Positions 27,061 to 41,171 of a DNA stretch of 64,000 nt are shown here, in pieces. Each line of letters opens with the position of its first letter. The stretch's first letter is position 1. Source of the DNA: the human T2T-CHM13v2.0 reference genome, Homo sapiens; NCBI RefSeq assembly GCF_009914755.1, contig NC_060933.1; one strand, written 5' to 3'. Under the pieces are notes generated by a model. The model saw nothing but the letters and a program-made list of their open reading frames with translations. It had not been told where the DNA came from and did no database searches. Position numbers and translations under genes: made by a program.

Positions 27061-27749
27061 TGGTAGGACAGTGTTCATTTGCAATGATGCCTCAACTCTG
27101 TTGCGAGGTCATAAATTTTTTTCCTGCTGGTAGTCAACTATTTTATAGGTTCAAACTGTAACTGAACAATATAATATTTCTGTCTCAGTACAAGTCACCA
27201 AAAAAAAAAGACTCAAAGGCAGGACCTATATTTAGTGAGCAAATAACATTACTTCATATAATATCACCATCATTATCTTGGTCTGCTTTAGGATAGGATT
27301 TGAGGAAGTACGGTCAATCAGAGGAGACATTTGGCTCTTGTGGCCTTGGGCTGTGAATTTTGTAAAACAAATATGGTTCTTGCCCTCAAGAATATTGTAT
27401 TGAATAGGATGGTTAAAAAATATATATAATCAATAGAAATTAATGATTCATTAATAGCTAAAGGACTTTAATAAGAGGGTATGCATGAGTGAGTCTTAGG
27501 AAGTTAGAGGATGAGTAACATGAAGCCAGAAAGAACTCTTGAAAGAACAGAGGAAAAGTCAAATGCTTTTTATTCTGCCGAGAGAGGTCACAATCCACCT
27601 TTCAAAACTTTGTCTGGAGTGCAGATAAAAAGTCTTCCCTGGACTTCCAAACCCTTTGGCACTAACAGATTCCTTTCTTTCCTCTAGGTGGATGCTGAGA
27701 ACAGCAAAGATGGACAGGGTAGACCAAGCATTGTTCTGTTAGGGAGTTG

Positions 27750-27990
27750 AGTGTTGTGACTAAGAGAACAGGCTTTAAGAACAGAAAAGCCATGTGTTTA
27801 AATCCTAGGCCTGGCACTTATGAGCTGTATGACCTTGAGTAGTTTCCTTAACCTTCCAGAGTTTTAGTTTGTTTATTGTTTAAGTGAGGAATAACAGTAC
27901 CTTCTTCATAGGGCTGTTGTGAGAATTATTTGAGGCAAAGCATATGCTTAACATAATGCTAAATGCTGAGAAGGTACTCAGTTATTATTA
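27750..27990 (+). mobile_element. MIR SINE
   Basis: gctgtatgaccttgagtagtttcctaacc...cttcatagggctgttgtgagaatta. Confidence 0.85.
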
Positions 27991-29492
27991 AAAGGTGTCT
28001 AAAGTACACATTAGCCCACAAAAGCCTATTCAGAAAATAATATGGTTGATCCACTATTATAAGGGCAATAATTGTTATATTAATGCCAAACATTTATTGA
28101 GCAAATACCATGTACAAGTCCTTATTCTAGGACCTTACATATATTAACTGAATTAATTATACTAATGACATTACTGAATCCAACCAGTCTTTATAAATTA
28201 TTTCTAGGGAAAATACTTCTCAAATTTTGTATGTGGGAGAGAAGAAAGATAACACTCCAGTGTCAGTAGAGTCATGGCTGTAGAGACATAGCCAGTGTAT
28301 TGATGGAAGCCCGAGGGGAAGAGGACAGAGCAGACAAGTCCCGGTAGGGGCTTAAAAAAGCAGTATTTGGGAGCAGGGTTTTCATTCATCACTGAAGAGC
28401 TTTGGAAAGACCTGGATTTATGAATACATTTTCAATATTTTTTTTCTCAAGTCTTGCTAACCAGGCCTGGTAGGGTGGGAAGGGGTAGAATTTGAGATTG
28501 CTCTAATGCTGAAACATTTGGTATGGCTGAAACTTCATGAACTGAGAGTAGGAAAAATGCTCTTATTTTTCAAGGTGCCCATAGGCTTAGTATAAATTAA
28601 AACCTAGCCTCCCTGAGTCTATGATCCCTTCCCCAAACACCGAGAGACAAATGTGCTCAAGACTTACTAATTAGGTGGAACCATCTAATGATTTCATTGC
28701 TGTTGCAGCTTCCACTAAGAGAGTGTTTGATTCATGTAAGGCAATCAAAACTATAATCCACTGCTAGCAAATGAAGACAGACAAGAACGTTACTTCTAGT
28801 GAGTGTAGTATATCAACTTTGCTTATTATGCACAGGATGACAGGGGATAGGAAAAGGGCTCTGTCTGCTGAAAGACTGCTTAGAATTACTGTCCATTATC
28901 CAGGGCAAATGTTTTACAAAACAAAACAGTGACTTCTGCTTAGGGTATCTTTGGGAACTGAGGACAGAAGAGGAAATTGACTACTGGAAAGAATTCCCCT
29001 GGTGGCATTTAAGATGATCTAGCCTTCCCTAGTGGCTGTTGTTATTTTCCATATGGATGCTCTTCAGGAGGAAAGCAAGAAAACAAACCAGCATATTTGT
29101 TTAGGAAAAAAAAAAGCTGTGATGCTGCAAAACTCATATTAAAATCTACAGCAGCCTGGCTCCTGATAACCTGTGAGTTGCTGGGCGTAACCACCTTTTT
29201 AAATCCTGTAATAGAGCAACAACCAACATGTTAGATATAATGATTTTCATTTTAGAGATGAAAAAATTAAGGCTGATAGAGGTAAAGCAACTTTCCCAAG
29301 ATCAAGTAATAGAGCTGGATTTCAACCTACACATCCCCTCTCTAGAGCCCATGATTAGAATCACTGTGTTGCAGGTCTGTGTCTACAATGGTAACGTTGT
29401 GACATAACCGAGCAGTATCAGTGGTGTCCTCCCTGGAAAGGCCTGGCCATCCCAGTGATACGTTTCTGAGTTAGAAGGCATCTTGGACACTC

Positions 29493-29675
29493 CACAGGTT
29501 CTTAACCTGCCTGCACATTGGAATTACCTGGAAAACTGGAAAATAAACTTATACCTGAATCCCACTCTCAGAATTTTGGATTTGACTGATCTGGGTGGAG
29601 TATTGTTGGTGGGAAAGGCAGGTATTTAAAAGTTCCCTAGTTGGTTCCAATATGATTCAAAGTTGAGAACCACTG
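29493..29675. mobile_element. MER5B-like hAT-Charlie DNA transposon
   Basis: ggttcttaacctgcctgcacattggaattacctgg...gttgagaaccactg. Confidence 0.75.
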
Positions 29676-29699
29676 ACCAGCCCTCTGGACTGGCAACAC

Positions 29700-29808
29700 T
29701 TACGTCCCTAACTGTCAGCATCAGCATCATCTGGAAATTTGTCAGAAATGCAGACTGCCAGGCTTCACCTCAGGTGATTTGTATGCACACTACAGTTTGA
29801 GAGAATGG
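29700..29808. mobile_element. MER5A-like fragment
   Basis: cagcatcagcatcatctggaaatttgtcagaaatgcag...gtttgaga. Confidence 0.7.
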
Positions 29809-29881
29809 CAGGCAGTGCTCAGCTAACCCCTAAGGGATTAGGAGGACTTAGGGAAAGTGGGAAGGGAAGAACAGAGGGAAT

Positions 29882-30378
29882 TCTGATGTTTTCTCATGAT
29901 TAACAGGGCTTATGGGTTTTGGGGAGGAAAATAGTGCTGTTCTACCCATATCGTATCAAGAGTACATACTATCAATGTGACTTATAACTATTGATGTTAA
30001 CCTTGATCACCTGGCTGAGATAGTGTGTGTCAGATTTCTCCACTGTAGCAAATTACTTTTGTCCCTACCCCCTTCCGTACTTTGGAAGGAATTCACTATG
30101 CACATTCCTCACTTAAGGAATGGGGAGACATGCTCCGACTTCATGGGGTCAGGGGGACTATCAATTTAAGTTATTTGGAATTCTTCTGTACAGGAGATTC
30201 ATTTCTTCTCCCTCATTTATTTACTTAGTCATTTATGTCAGTATGGACTCGTAGATGTTTATTATATACTTTGGGTTATAATCCAATACTACTATATTTT
30301 GCTCAAATTGTTCCAGCCTTGGCCATTGGGAACTCTTTCAGTTGGATCCTGGGCTCCTTTGACATATTCCTATCATAG
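29882..30378 (-). repeat. Local direct duplicate of L1MC segment 26160-26664
   Basis: Collinear, roughly 90% identical by eye; flanked by agggaat at 29875-29881 and 30377-30383. Confidence 0.95.
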
Positions 30379-30529
30379 GGAATATGAGAATAACATCGCA
30401 AAAAAACCAGAAAAGGAAGAATGGCACATAAAGGAACTCGAAGCAGGTCTTGGTGGCTGAAGCAGAGATTACCAAGAGATTATTAGATCAACCTTTTCAT
30501 ACAGACGAGAAATGCTTCTTTCTAGGACT

Positions 30530-30890
30530 AAGGATTGAGCACTGGCTACTTCCTCTGTCTGCCTGGTTCATATCTTCCACTCGAAGTGATACCTTCTCAA
30601 TAACGGCCTACCCTGGTTTCCTCGTTTAAATCATGATCTTTCCTCTAAACTTGCACTCTCAGACTTCAATATTTGCTCCATTTTTTCCCCTCAACATTTG
30701 TAACCTTCTAATATGCTAAATAGTGTATTTATTTTGTCTTTCTTTACTGCACATCCCCACCCTAGAATGTAAATTCAACGAGCGCACAGATTTTGTTTTT
30801 GTTCTGCATTGTATCCTCCAGCACTAACAACAGTATCTGACACTTCAAAGAGGTGCTTCACATTTATTTGCTGAGTTAAAATGAATTAAT
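30530..30890 (+). mobile_element. L2 LINE 3' end
   Basis: ctagaatgtaaattc...cagtatctgacac...atttgctgagttaaaatgaa. Confidence 0.7.
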
Positions 30891-30949
30891 CAATTTACAA
30901 AAATTTGGGTTAGTTTATGCTTACTTTATCTAGAGTGGGATTGTGAAAT

Positions 30950-32065
30950 ATCAGTCAAAAGCCTTTTCAGGAGTTTAAATGAGTGAAGAACAAGATCAGG
31001 TTTGATTTTAGAAAGACCATCTGGCTGTGTGTATCTAGTGGACCCAGGAATGGGGAGGCCGAGGGCTGCACTAAACGCAGGGTAAGGCCAGTTTGGTGAC
31101 AATGTCAGCCTGCCCTAAGAGAGCAGTGGCTGAAGAAGATAGCATGCATTTGAGGTCTTCTTAGGAAGTAGCATCAGCAGGGGACAGCTCAGGGAGTAAG
31201 GAAGAGAGGAGTCATTCTAGGTTTCTGGTTTAGGCAACCAGAAGGATGGAAAGCCATCTGTAGGCAGTGCTGAGGAAGAACAGATATTTGGAGGGAAAAA
31301 GTTAAGCTGTTTTGAAGTATTAAAAATTGCAGACTGATGTAACCTGGTGGAAATGTAGATTTCACATTCATTAAACAATGACCTATTACCCTTCTGGCAC
31401 TATAGTAAGCCCCAACGAGTAAGTGGTAGTCATTCAATGAAGTACCCACTACGTGCCAGACATAGTGTCAGCTCCAGTGGGGAATGAGACAGGTGTGTGG
31501 ATTCATCCTCCTTGCACTTGCAGAACTTGGAGAAACAGAAAAAATCATGTGAGAGCAATGGGAGTGAGAAGGAGAGAGAGAGAGAGAGAGAGACAGACAG
31601 AGATAGTACAAGATTACTTTCAGCTAGGGATTCAGGGGAATGCAGCTTTCTGGTAATGATAGCATTTACAGTGGAGCTTAAAAAGAAATATAAAGTTTAG
31701 AAACAGAACAAAGGAAATCAAAAGCATGAAGGCAAACAATCTAAATACTATGTCAGGAATAGTGAATAATTTGGGTTGCCAGGAATTAGGAACATAGAGC
31801 CCAGGGTAGGGTGTGTAATGAGAGGCAAACTTGTAAACACAAATGGAAATCGTAGAAAGCCAGGTGAAGGAATTTCAACTGTGAGATTCTGTAAGAGGTT
31901 AGCTTGGAACAGAATAGAAATACAGCAACTGTCTATTCAGTGTATCTATGAATCATTTTTGAATGGGGGTAATAGTTGGAACGTGGTGTTTGGAGAAGAT
32001 ACACATGATTTCAGTATGGACAATGGGATAGAGAGAGAAGAAGCTGGGAGATGAGGCTATTTTAG
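30950..32065 (-). mobile_element. L2 LINE fragments, including (GA)n at 31573-31603
   Basis: ttttagaaagaccatctggctg, aggtttctggtttaggcaacc, cattcaatgaagtacccactacgtgccagac. Confidence 0.6.
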
Positions 32066-32068
32066 TAG

Positions 32069-32508
32069 TGTATTAGTTAGATAGCCTATTTACTGTGTCA
32101 GATATCCCTACAGTCTAGCGTCAATACTGTAAATGTTTGCCTCTCATTTTTGCAAATCCACTGCAGATGTTTCTGGTTGGGTGGCTCATTTGTACAGACA
32201 GCTCTCCTCCAAATTGTGACTCAAGCCCTGGTCTTCCTTATGTGTTGCGGCTTAGCCCTCCTCTAGGTCTTTGGAGTCTCTCCTCCATCCAGCTCACAAT
32301 TTGGAAAAGAGAAAGGAAGGTATTCTCAAAAGGATTCTATGGACCATCCAGAAAGAGCATATAACACTTCTGCATGCATTCCATTATAGCCAGAACCAAA
32401 TCATGTGGCTTCAGCTAACTGCAAGGAAGGCTGGGACGTGTAGTCTAGCTGTGTGCCCAGGAAGAGAAGGGAACTGATTTGGTGTATAACAAATCACGCT
32501 GTGCCACA
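32069..32508 (-). mobile_element. MLT1J-like MaLR solo LTR
   Basis: tgtattagttag start; aactgcaaggaaggctgggacgtgtagtctagctgtgtgcccaggaaga; end tgccaca. Confidence 0.8.
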
Positions 32509-35500
32509 AGTAATGAAGTTGAGAGAGAAAGATTAACTGAGGGAATAGAGAGGAAAAGATGCATTCAGTAGATGCTGGGCAAGTGGAATTGGCAGTAAAA
32601 TTGCTATTGATTGGGCATGGGATGTAGGGTAGGCAAATAATACATTTTTCAAATAAAATTGCTGCCAAGGAAATGATATTTACATCATATGCCATGGAAA
32701 ACATATGTTAATATTTCCCAGATCTTAGATTGTCATTATGGGCTTTGTAGTTCAGAAGAAAACAAAGGAAAATATTGTAGCAACTCAGGAGAAGATTCAC
32801 AGAGAAGTTTAGAAGTTCTTGCATCCATATGAAAGCTTTTTATTCTCGCATGTTGTATTAAAGAAAATAATTTCACCATTCATGGTTGCTATTCATGAAA
32901 ACTTTAAGAAAGCATGTGTCCAGATTTGTGATGTTTAGGAATTCTTAACTGGTTTAACCAAGTAGGGTGAGAATACACAAACTCATATAACTACCCTGAC
33001 AAATGCAGAAAATCAAAGGTAGCTACTATTATTATGCAGATAAAACAAAGACAATTGGAGAGGAATGGGTCTGGGTTAGATGATCTGAGCACAAAGTAAT
33101 AAATCATGGCATGTTTGTATAGCATGGTGATACTTTAAAACTCTAATTTTTGCTGTGTTATTTCTCAAAGGAACTTCCAACTGAATTGTAGCTCACCAAT
33201 ACAGGATTCTGGGTTGAAATTTGTTTTGCAGCCAATCTATTGCACAAATTGAGGCAGCTGTGCACAGCATGTGTTTTGTTTCAATGACTATATAGTGAGG
33301 GGTGTTATGCAAAGGGCCGCTAATCAGGGAAAAGACTCTCTTCAATTGGCAACTTTTCAGGGCTACATGTAAAGGAGAATTTACATGTTTCATTAAAAGT
33401 GAACCATCCTATTGGTTTGTATGCAACCTAGATCATTTAATTTTATGCTAAAAAAAAAAGCTCAGACGTTGTTTGCAGTCCTATGTCTTCCCTCAGTTCA
33501 TTAGCTTGAATAAGTTCCCTTGGTGGAGAAATTGATTGTAGAACAGTGGGTTTCTTGGGGTTGGTCATTGCTGAATACCTAGATAAGCTCAGTAAGATTA
33601 GGCTTGTCTTTTCGTATGGGCTTTGATGATGGCAATCTACTATATTCTCTGGTTAAAATCCTTGTCACACTTGACTTTTGTTTTGCTTAATTTTTACAAT
33701 GTGTTCAGCTAGAAAAATAAAAGTAGATCGATCTATTTCACTTACTCTAAGTTAAGTTGTTCCTTACACGGATTTCCATGCCTTGGCTCATGTTTGCGTA
33801 TCTGCACTGAAGCAGCCAGTGCTAATCTATATGAATCTGTTTTATGGAGACAGAAGAAGATGAAGCCATGAATATTAATATCCTATTATCATGTGATGAT
33901 ATTCCAAGCACATATACCATAAAAATCACAAAATGAGAAAGGCAAGGATGCCAGGATATTCTATATAATTCCTGTCCCAAAGAAATGAAGCCAGGAAAGC
34001 GCATGAAACAAAGTATGACTCAGGCCTTGCCATAGTAAAAAACTATGGCTCCGAGGTTTCAATTCTGAATTCAATTGTGAAGTCCTAGGGGGTATACCGA
34101 TGCATCAGGAAAAGTGAACATGGCATCCAGTGTCTTTGTGGATCAATAACATGCAATACATTAAATTGATGGTTTGTGAATGCTATATATATTTCAGTTT
34201 AGGTGATTAGCTATCACAAAATCAAGTATGACATTGGGATGTAGCATTTTTCCTCAGTTATTAGAAATAGATCTAATAGATAAGCATGGAATTTTGGCTC
34301 TCATAAATCATTTAAACTCACCAATTTTTCCCTAAAAGAAAAAGTGAGGTTCATAGAGGTAAAGCAGCTTACCCAACATGACCCAGCTAATTAGTGACTT
34401 GTTTTGCCACATTACATGATAACCCATTTGCAGCAACAGGTCCACAAATATTCTTCCCTTTGAATAAGCATCAAGGCTCTGTCCATTCTTAAGTAAAACA
34501 TTTCTCTGAGAAAATGGGGCAGTGCAAGGCATAGGAGAAACAGGTTTCCTTCCTCCAACTATCCTTTCTCTAACTATGACTTTGTGCTCCTGTTCTCTTT
34601 GGTTGCTATGTTGGTCATTCATTCATTTATTACCCACTGAGCATCACTATGTGGTAGGTTTTCTGCCAGGTTTAACAGAACACCGAGAGAATGGTGTATG
34701 AGTATGTTTGTATACTGGATGAGCTAAGTATTGCACTAATTATCAAGTGGTTACCCAGAAAAATAATTTCAAATAATAGAAACATGTTTGGTGCAATGAT
34801 AACAAAAGGAAGAACTACAGATACAAGTTTATGAAGTGTCATTAAAACAACCCCCAGCAGGATCTGATTCTAAAGTGCAGTGTTTTACTTTCCTTCCCAA
34901 GCAAAAGAAATTAAGGGAGATCACTTACTGTGAGCCACAGAATTTGAACCAAACATTAAGCATCTCCTAAAAATAAATTTTCATGGACAACAGTTGCGGG
35001 AAACTGCTCAAATTAGTGCTATAAAAATTAAGGTTTATGTTAAGAGCTGGAGAACAGATAAAATTCTTAAATAATCCAGTGTTTAAGAGAAGTATATCTT
35101 TTATATTTTTGTTTGGGTTGAAAACTGAATTTTTCAAGTATTGTAAATAAGCATTTCCTTGTATGGATTTTCAGTTTGGTGACTTGTTAAGAGTCATATG
35201 CCTGAGATCACAGATAATAGCCTCACATCAAAATAAATTTGAATTCTGCTTCATTTTAAAATATGTTTGATTTGTTCACCACACCATTGGTCTTTTTATA
35301 AAATAGCTTTATTGTCTTTGGTAGAGTAAGCATAATATTACTATATTCATTCTCTGATTAGCACAATGAACATTCCACCAGCTTTGTACTAAATTATAAG
35401 CCCTGGTCTAACTTTCTAATTACAAATGACATGTGGAATACATTTTCTAATTACAGATGACGTAGGTCACAAACAGTTCTCAGATGAGAGTAACAGAAAG

Positions 35501-35599
35501 AGACCAATCAAGGTAGAGTCATTTGGTGCCTAGTGAAAAAAGCTCTCTTGTGACTAGAAAACTCAAACTGCTATCTGGTTTCCTCCACAGATTTATTTG

Positions 35600-36340
35600 T
35601 TTATTCAAAAATTATTTATCATTTATCCCCTAGTGCTACAGATAAACAGCCAGAGGAATTCCTTGCCTACTTGGAGCTTTCTCTGTGTAGAGAAGGCAGA
35701 TAATAAGCATATAAGCAATTAATGATAGCGTACCTTCAGATAGAGATGAGTGCCAGGGATAGAAAATAAAATAGGACAGTGGTGTAGATGGAGAGTGGTT
35801 GGATGAGGATTTCCTTTAGCTGGGGGATAGGGTAAGAAGGCCCTTCAGAGAAGGTGAAGAGCAAAGTGAGAACAAGTTTAGTCAGAGGGAACAATCAGTG
35901 CAAAGACCCTGAAACTGGAACAAGCATGAGGTGTTGAGGGTCAGAAAGAAGGCCAGTGACACAGAAGGGGCACGCGGGAGAGTGTCAGATGAAGCTGGAG
36001 ATTGGACAGGGACTTGAGCAGGTACAGCAGTGGTTCTCAAAGTGCAGTCACTGGACCAGCAGCATCAATATCATCTGGGAATTCGTGAGTAATGCAAATT
36101 CTCCAGGCCCACCCCAGACCTCCTGAATCAGACACTCTGGGGTGGGGCCCAGCCATCCGTGTTCTAACCAACCTTCCAGGTCACTCTGATGCATGCTTAA
36201 GCTTGGATCTGCTGATCTAGAGCCTTGTTTGCCATGATAAGGAATTTGAGTTTTAGTCTCTATTGGAAGCTTTCAAGCAAAAGACTGAAATAATGTGACT
36301 CTGCCTTTGAGAAGATAACTTTGGCCTTTGTGAGAAGAAT
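35600..36340 (-). mobile_element. L2 LINE interrupted by MER5A
   Basis: cagaggggaacaatcagtgcaaagaccctg, ggaagctttcaagca, gaagataactttggc. Confidence 0.75.
36028..36214 (+). mobile_element. MER5A DNA transposon
   Basis: cagtggttctcaaagtg...gaccagcagcatc...aatgcaaattctc...ctgaatcagacactctggggtggggcccagc. Confidence 0.9.
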
Positions 36341-37427
36341 GGGCATATTGGTACTTACTCTTTTATGTATATGTTCTGACTAAAAATTGTGGCTCAGCGG
36401 GAAAGAACAATTAGCAAATTCATGCTGAGCTCTATTTGCTTTTATTGTGAAGGATAATTGTGTTCAGTCTCATGTTTGAATCCCAGATGTCTGTACCTGA
36501 AAATGCAAATAGCAATTCCCTACTGTGAGATGTCAGATAACTGAAATTCAAATACACTTGTGGAAATGCAAACCCATTATCAATTGTCTTTGAGTACTAA
36601 TGTCTTAAATAAGGCAGATTTTCTAGTTGAAATAAACAATTGACTTTAGCAATGGAATATAATTAGGAGAGTTATTAATTAATATTAGTTGTCTATTTTA
36701 CTCTGGATATCAGCTCATTTTTGGTATTGTGTGTATGTGTAAGACATATTTCTAAAGTGGAAACTTAACCTTCCTACTATAAAATTCCTCTGGATATTTA
36801 TTGAGTCTTCAAGGGATGATTCAAGAATGTTCTAGAACAAGTCTTCTTCCACTACTCACATTTGCCATTTCCTCGGCTTCTTCCCTACTTCCCTCTTTTC
36901 CTATGATATACCTGATAAAGTTATATGAGGGTATTTTGTCTGTGCCACAACTATCACAGGTAGACCTGTGCCACCTCCCATTACTGGAGGTGTTACCTCT
37001 TGTCATATGTCCTTGTGGCACTGTGGTAGCATCCCAGTGGACTAGTGCTATGGCTGCTTTGCTGAAGGGGCAAATCCCTCACACCCCATTGATGCCAAAG
37101 TTAGACAGACTAAACCCAAATAAATGCTGCCTCTGCTTCTTCACATCTCACAGATCTTTTGAGAAAAAGCCACTCTTTTTATTCCTGCTTATGCCCCTAT
37201 CTCTTCTTAGGACTAGACAGGATTCCTAGGAATGGCCAGAGGCAATTCTCCAAGACAAACCCTGAGTTTTCATTCCTTCCCATATATTCTCTTTTCTACC
37301 AGCCACCCCGTTTCTCCAGCCGACTGGCTTAACCATTTGTGTATTACTTGAAACTTTGCTGCCTTTGTTTTCTTTGTTTTCTTTTTTTTCATGTATTCTA
37401 GACATATGCAGCCACATTAGTGGGTAT

Positions 37428-37459
37428 GTTATGCATTCAAATAGTTATGCATTCAAATA
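37428..37459. repeat. Perfect 16-bp tandem duplication gttatgcattcaaata x2
   Basis: Directly visible. Confidence 0.9.
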
Positions 37460-37493
37460 GTGCTAATTAAGTTACCTGAAGCCTGTAACTGAC

Positions 37494-37872
37494 TGTCTTA
37501 GGTCAGCTTCTCTGAGATAGAGATTAGTGTGCAGAAAATTTATTGGAGGATGTGCTCAGAATAGCACCTGTGAGGGGGTAGGAAGCTGACTGGACAGAGG
37601 AGGGAGTGAAACTGCAGTGCATCACCACAGAGGCCTTAGACAATCCCACGAGGAGCTCCAAAGTGGGGAAAGACCTTCAGAGTCATCCCAAATTGAGGCA
37701 AGGGAGCTGCATCTAGGAACCCCCTTATATGACCTGGGTAGGGGGCCTAACCTTGGGCAAGGCGGCTCCCTTAGAAAGGGCAATTTCCAAAAGGGACACA
37801 GGTGTGAAAACCAGCACCTTTGTCCCGAAGAATGGGGAAGCAGATATGGGTTCTGTACCACTATCCACTACA
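37494..37872 (-). mobile_element. MLT1 (H/I-like) MaLR solo LTR
   Basis: tgtcttaggtcagcttc...gtgcagaaaatttattgg...ccactaca. Confidence 0.7.
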
Positions 37873-38045
37873 GTTGCAGAAAGACCTTTCACTTTTATAT
37901 GTGAGGGGGAAACAGAATTTGTAAATGTTTATGATCATTCCTTTTCATACCTTTGATGAGCTAATGGCCGATAGGTGAAAAGTAGACCTGGAGGAGCTAG
38001 GAGAAAGTCAAATGGCTTTACCTGGAAGAAAAGAGAGTCTGGAAT

Positions 38046-38191
38046 GGAGGAGGAGGAGAAGGAGAAGGAGAAGAAGAAGAAGAAGAAGAAGAAGAAGAAG
38101 AAGAAGAAGAAGAAGAAGAAGAAGAAGAAGAAGAAGAAGAAGAAGAGGAGGGGGGGAGGGGGAGGGGGAGGGGGAGGGGGGAGGGGGGAAG
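38046..38191 (+). repeat. Polypurine compound repeat (GAG)4-(AAGGAG)2-(AAG)25-G-rich (GGGGGA)n
   Basis: Pure AAG run at 38071-38145, directly counted. Confidence 0.97.
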
Positions 38192-38505
38192 TCAAAGGCT
38201 CCAGGTAGGGTCAGAGAAGTGTCAGTGAGGCTGAGTTCTGAGATCTGGCAACAAAAAAGGGCTAGATGTGAGCAGGTCCTGTTCAGAGTAGAATGCAGAA
38301 AACCCTGGGGACAGACAACGATATTTAAAAAGTTGTTTTAGGAAATCTTTCTGTGTGAAGTAAAATACAACTTCCTTCCTGATCTCCTTGAGAATCTCTA
38401 GTTAAGATTTTCAGTTTTTTGGGAATCAAATTTGTGTGTGCTTCTAGATTTTTTTCCATGTTGAGATTGGCCTTAAGGTTGGGACCTATAAGTTAAAGTA
38501 AATCT

Positions 38506-38670
<165 letters not shown>

Positions 38671-39477
38671 TAAATCTCTTGGCCATTTCTGCTAGTACTT
38701 GCTCCAGTCTATTTCCTTTTTGCTCTCCTCTATCTTCATTCCCTCCTGTCTCAATTCTTGTATGTTTCTTAGTACGAAAAAAAAGTATTCTCAGTTTCTC
38801 ATACAGAAAAACTCAGCCCTCTTCCTATCCCCACCCTCAAGCTTGATTCTGACCTCCTTTTGTACACACAAAGATTAATTAATGTCATCCTCTAAACAAT
38901 GTGCTAGATTGTCAGGGTCTTACCCTTTCATGTATGTTTTATTTAAAAATAGTGTTTTGAAAAATATTTTTAAAGTTATATGTGTGGATGGTATTGAGTT
39001 AAATATTTTAATATGTTGGTGAGGAAATGCCATCCTCCCTACCACTTTCACCTCCCTAGAAGCATCTACTTTCCATGTTTTAAAGTAAATTTCCTCTCAG
39101 CAGTTTCCACTCATGTTATCTTCTTGTAGAAATCATTCCCATGGACTTCTGACCTGGCCCAGTCTGGTCTGGTGAGCTCCTAGGCAGGCTGCATACATTT
39201 TATTCTGCCATCTCCCTTTGCTGTCATCCTGGAGATTCTCTTTTCTGCTTTCTTGTGTAAAATCCTCTGTTTCCTGAAATTCATTATTTCTACTTTCTTA
39301 ATTTACTCCTTTGTTTTGCTGGAGCACATCTCTCAGTATCTTCCCAAGAAAGGATACACAAGAGGGAAGGTTTTGTTGTTGTTGTTGTGTGTTTTGTTTT
39401 AGAATTTTCATGTCTGAATCTGTTTCTCTTTTATCCTCATGCTAAATAATAATAGTTGGGCATGTAAGGGCTTCTAG

Positions 39478-39836
<359 letters not shown>

Positions 39837-40218
39837 TAGACTCTCCATTCTTTATAGGAAAGCCTATTTTTTTCTCATTCTGGAAGTTTCTGGCATCTTT
39901 TAATTCTCCCTAAAATTCTGAAATTTTACTGTGAAATTTCATACAATGTCTTAATAGGAATCTATTTTACCCATTACACTGGGCCATTAGGCTAGTCAGA
40001 GCTTTAAATCTAAGATTTATATCTTCCATGTGTAGAAAATTTCCTTGAGTTTTTTTTCACTGACAGTTCCTCTCTTCTGTTTTCTCTGTTCTATCTGATG
40101 ATTCGATTTTTGAAATGTGAACATATTTAGAATCTCTGCATACTATGGAGAGATTTGTTGACTCTGGCCTTTACTGTAGGGTGATTGGATGGACTCTTTT
40201 CTTACAGAACTTCTGATA

Positions 40219-40560
40219 TGGCTGGGTGCAGTGGCTCATGCCTGTAATTCCAGCATTTTGGGAGGCTACCCTAAGAGTTCAAGACCAGCCCGGCTGACAT
40301 GCAAAAGCCTTGCCTTTACAAAAATTAGCAAGGCATGGTAGCACATGCCTGTAGTCCCAGCTGCTTGAGAGTCTGAGATGGGAGAATTGCCAGAGCCTGG
40401 GGAGGTTGAGGCTGCAATGAGCCATGATTGTGCCACTGCATTGCAGCCTGGGCAACAGAGTAAGACCCTGTTTCAAAAAATAAAATAAAAATAAACAAAA
40501 ACAAACAAACAAGCAAACAACTAACCCCCACCAAAACAACAACAACCAAACAACAAAAAT
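40219..40560 (+). mobile_element. AluJ with left-arm internal deletion and A/C-rich tail
   Basis: J-type gttgaggctgca, agaccctg; ctgatat on both flanks. Confidence 0.9.
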
Positions 40561-41171
40561 ACTGATATCAATATCTTTAGAATTTTCTCTTTGGCTGGTT
40601 ACAATCCCCAGAGAAATCTCTTCTAATCCCCTGCATGTCTGCCAACCTCCGGGAACTGAGAGATGGAAAGGGGCTGAGGTCTGAGCATTCAGTTTGTAAA
40701 TGCTCTATAATTCTATCGTTTTCAGTATGGGGCTTTGCACTCAACTGTTTGGAGACCCTTTTTTCCCATTCCTGAGAATAGAGCTCCAGGTTCTACTAAG
40801 ATGGAGAAAGAACAATGGTAGTAGACTAAGGAGGAGCAAATGCTTCCTAAACACTCTTCTAACACATCTTCCTGTGTTTAGCCGTATCATCTTTCTCCCT
40901 TTCAGAAGTATCTGGTGCCATTGATTCCGGAGCCTAGTGGGAGTTCTGCAGTGTAGAACAGATTGTTTCTTGCCTTTTCCTGCTGCTGATTTAGAATTCT
41001 GCTTTCTCAGTCTACCAAGTCAGTTGTCACCCATCCTTCCATTCTCTAGCCCCCAACATTTTAGATTATTGTCTCCTCTCCCATTTTCCTTTGTGAGTTC
41101 AAGCATTTAAAAAATATCTTGCTTGGGATTTAATGTGGTTTGGGGGGTGGGTGCAGAACTAAGTATGTGCT

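Noticed and set aside
36801-37229. 142-aa ORF in non-repeat DNA
   Set aside because: TTG start, no recognisable motif, no convincing splice context
37935-38341. Poly-Lys, poly-Arg and poly-Phe ORFs
   Set aside because: Translation of the (AAG)n tract
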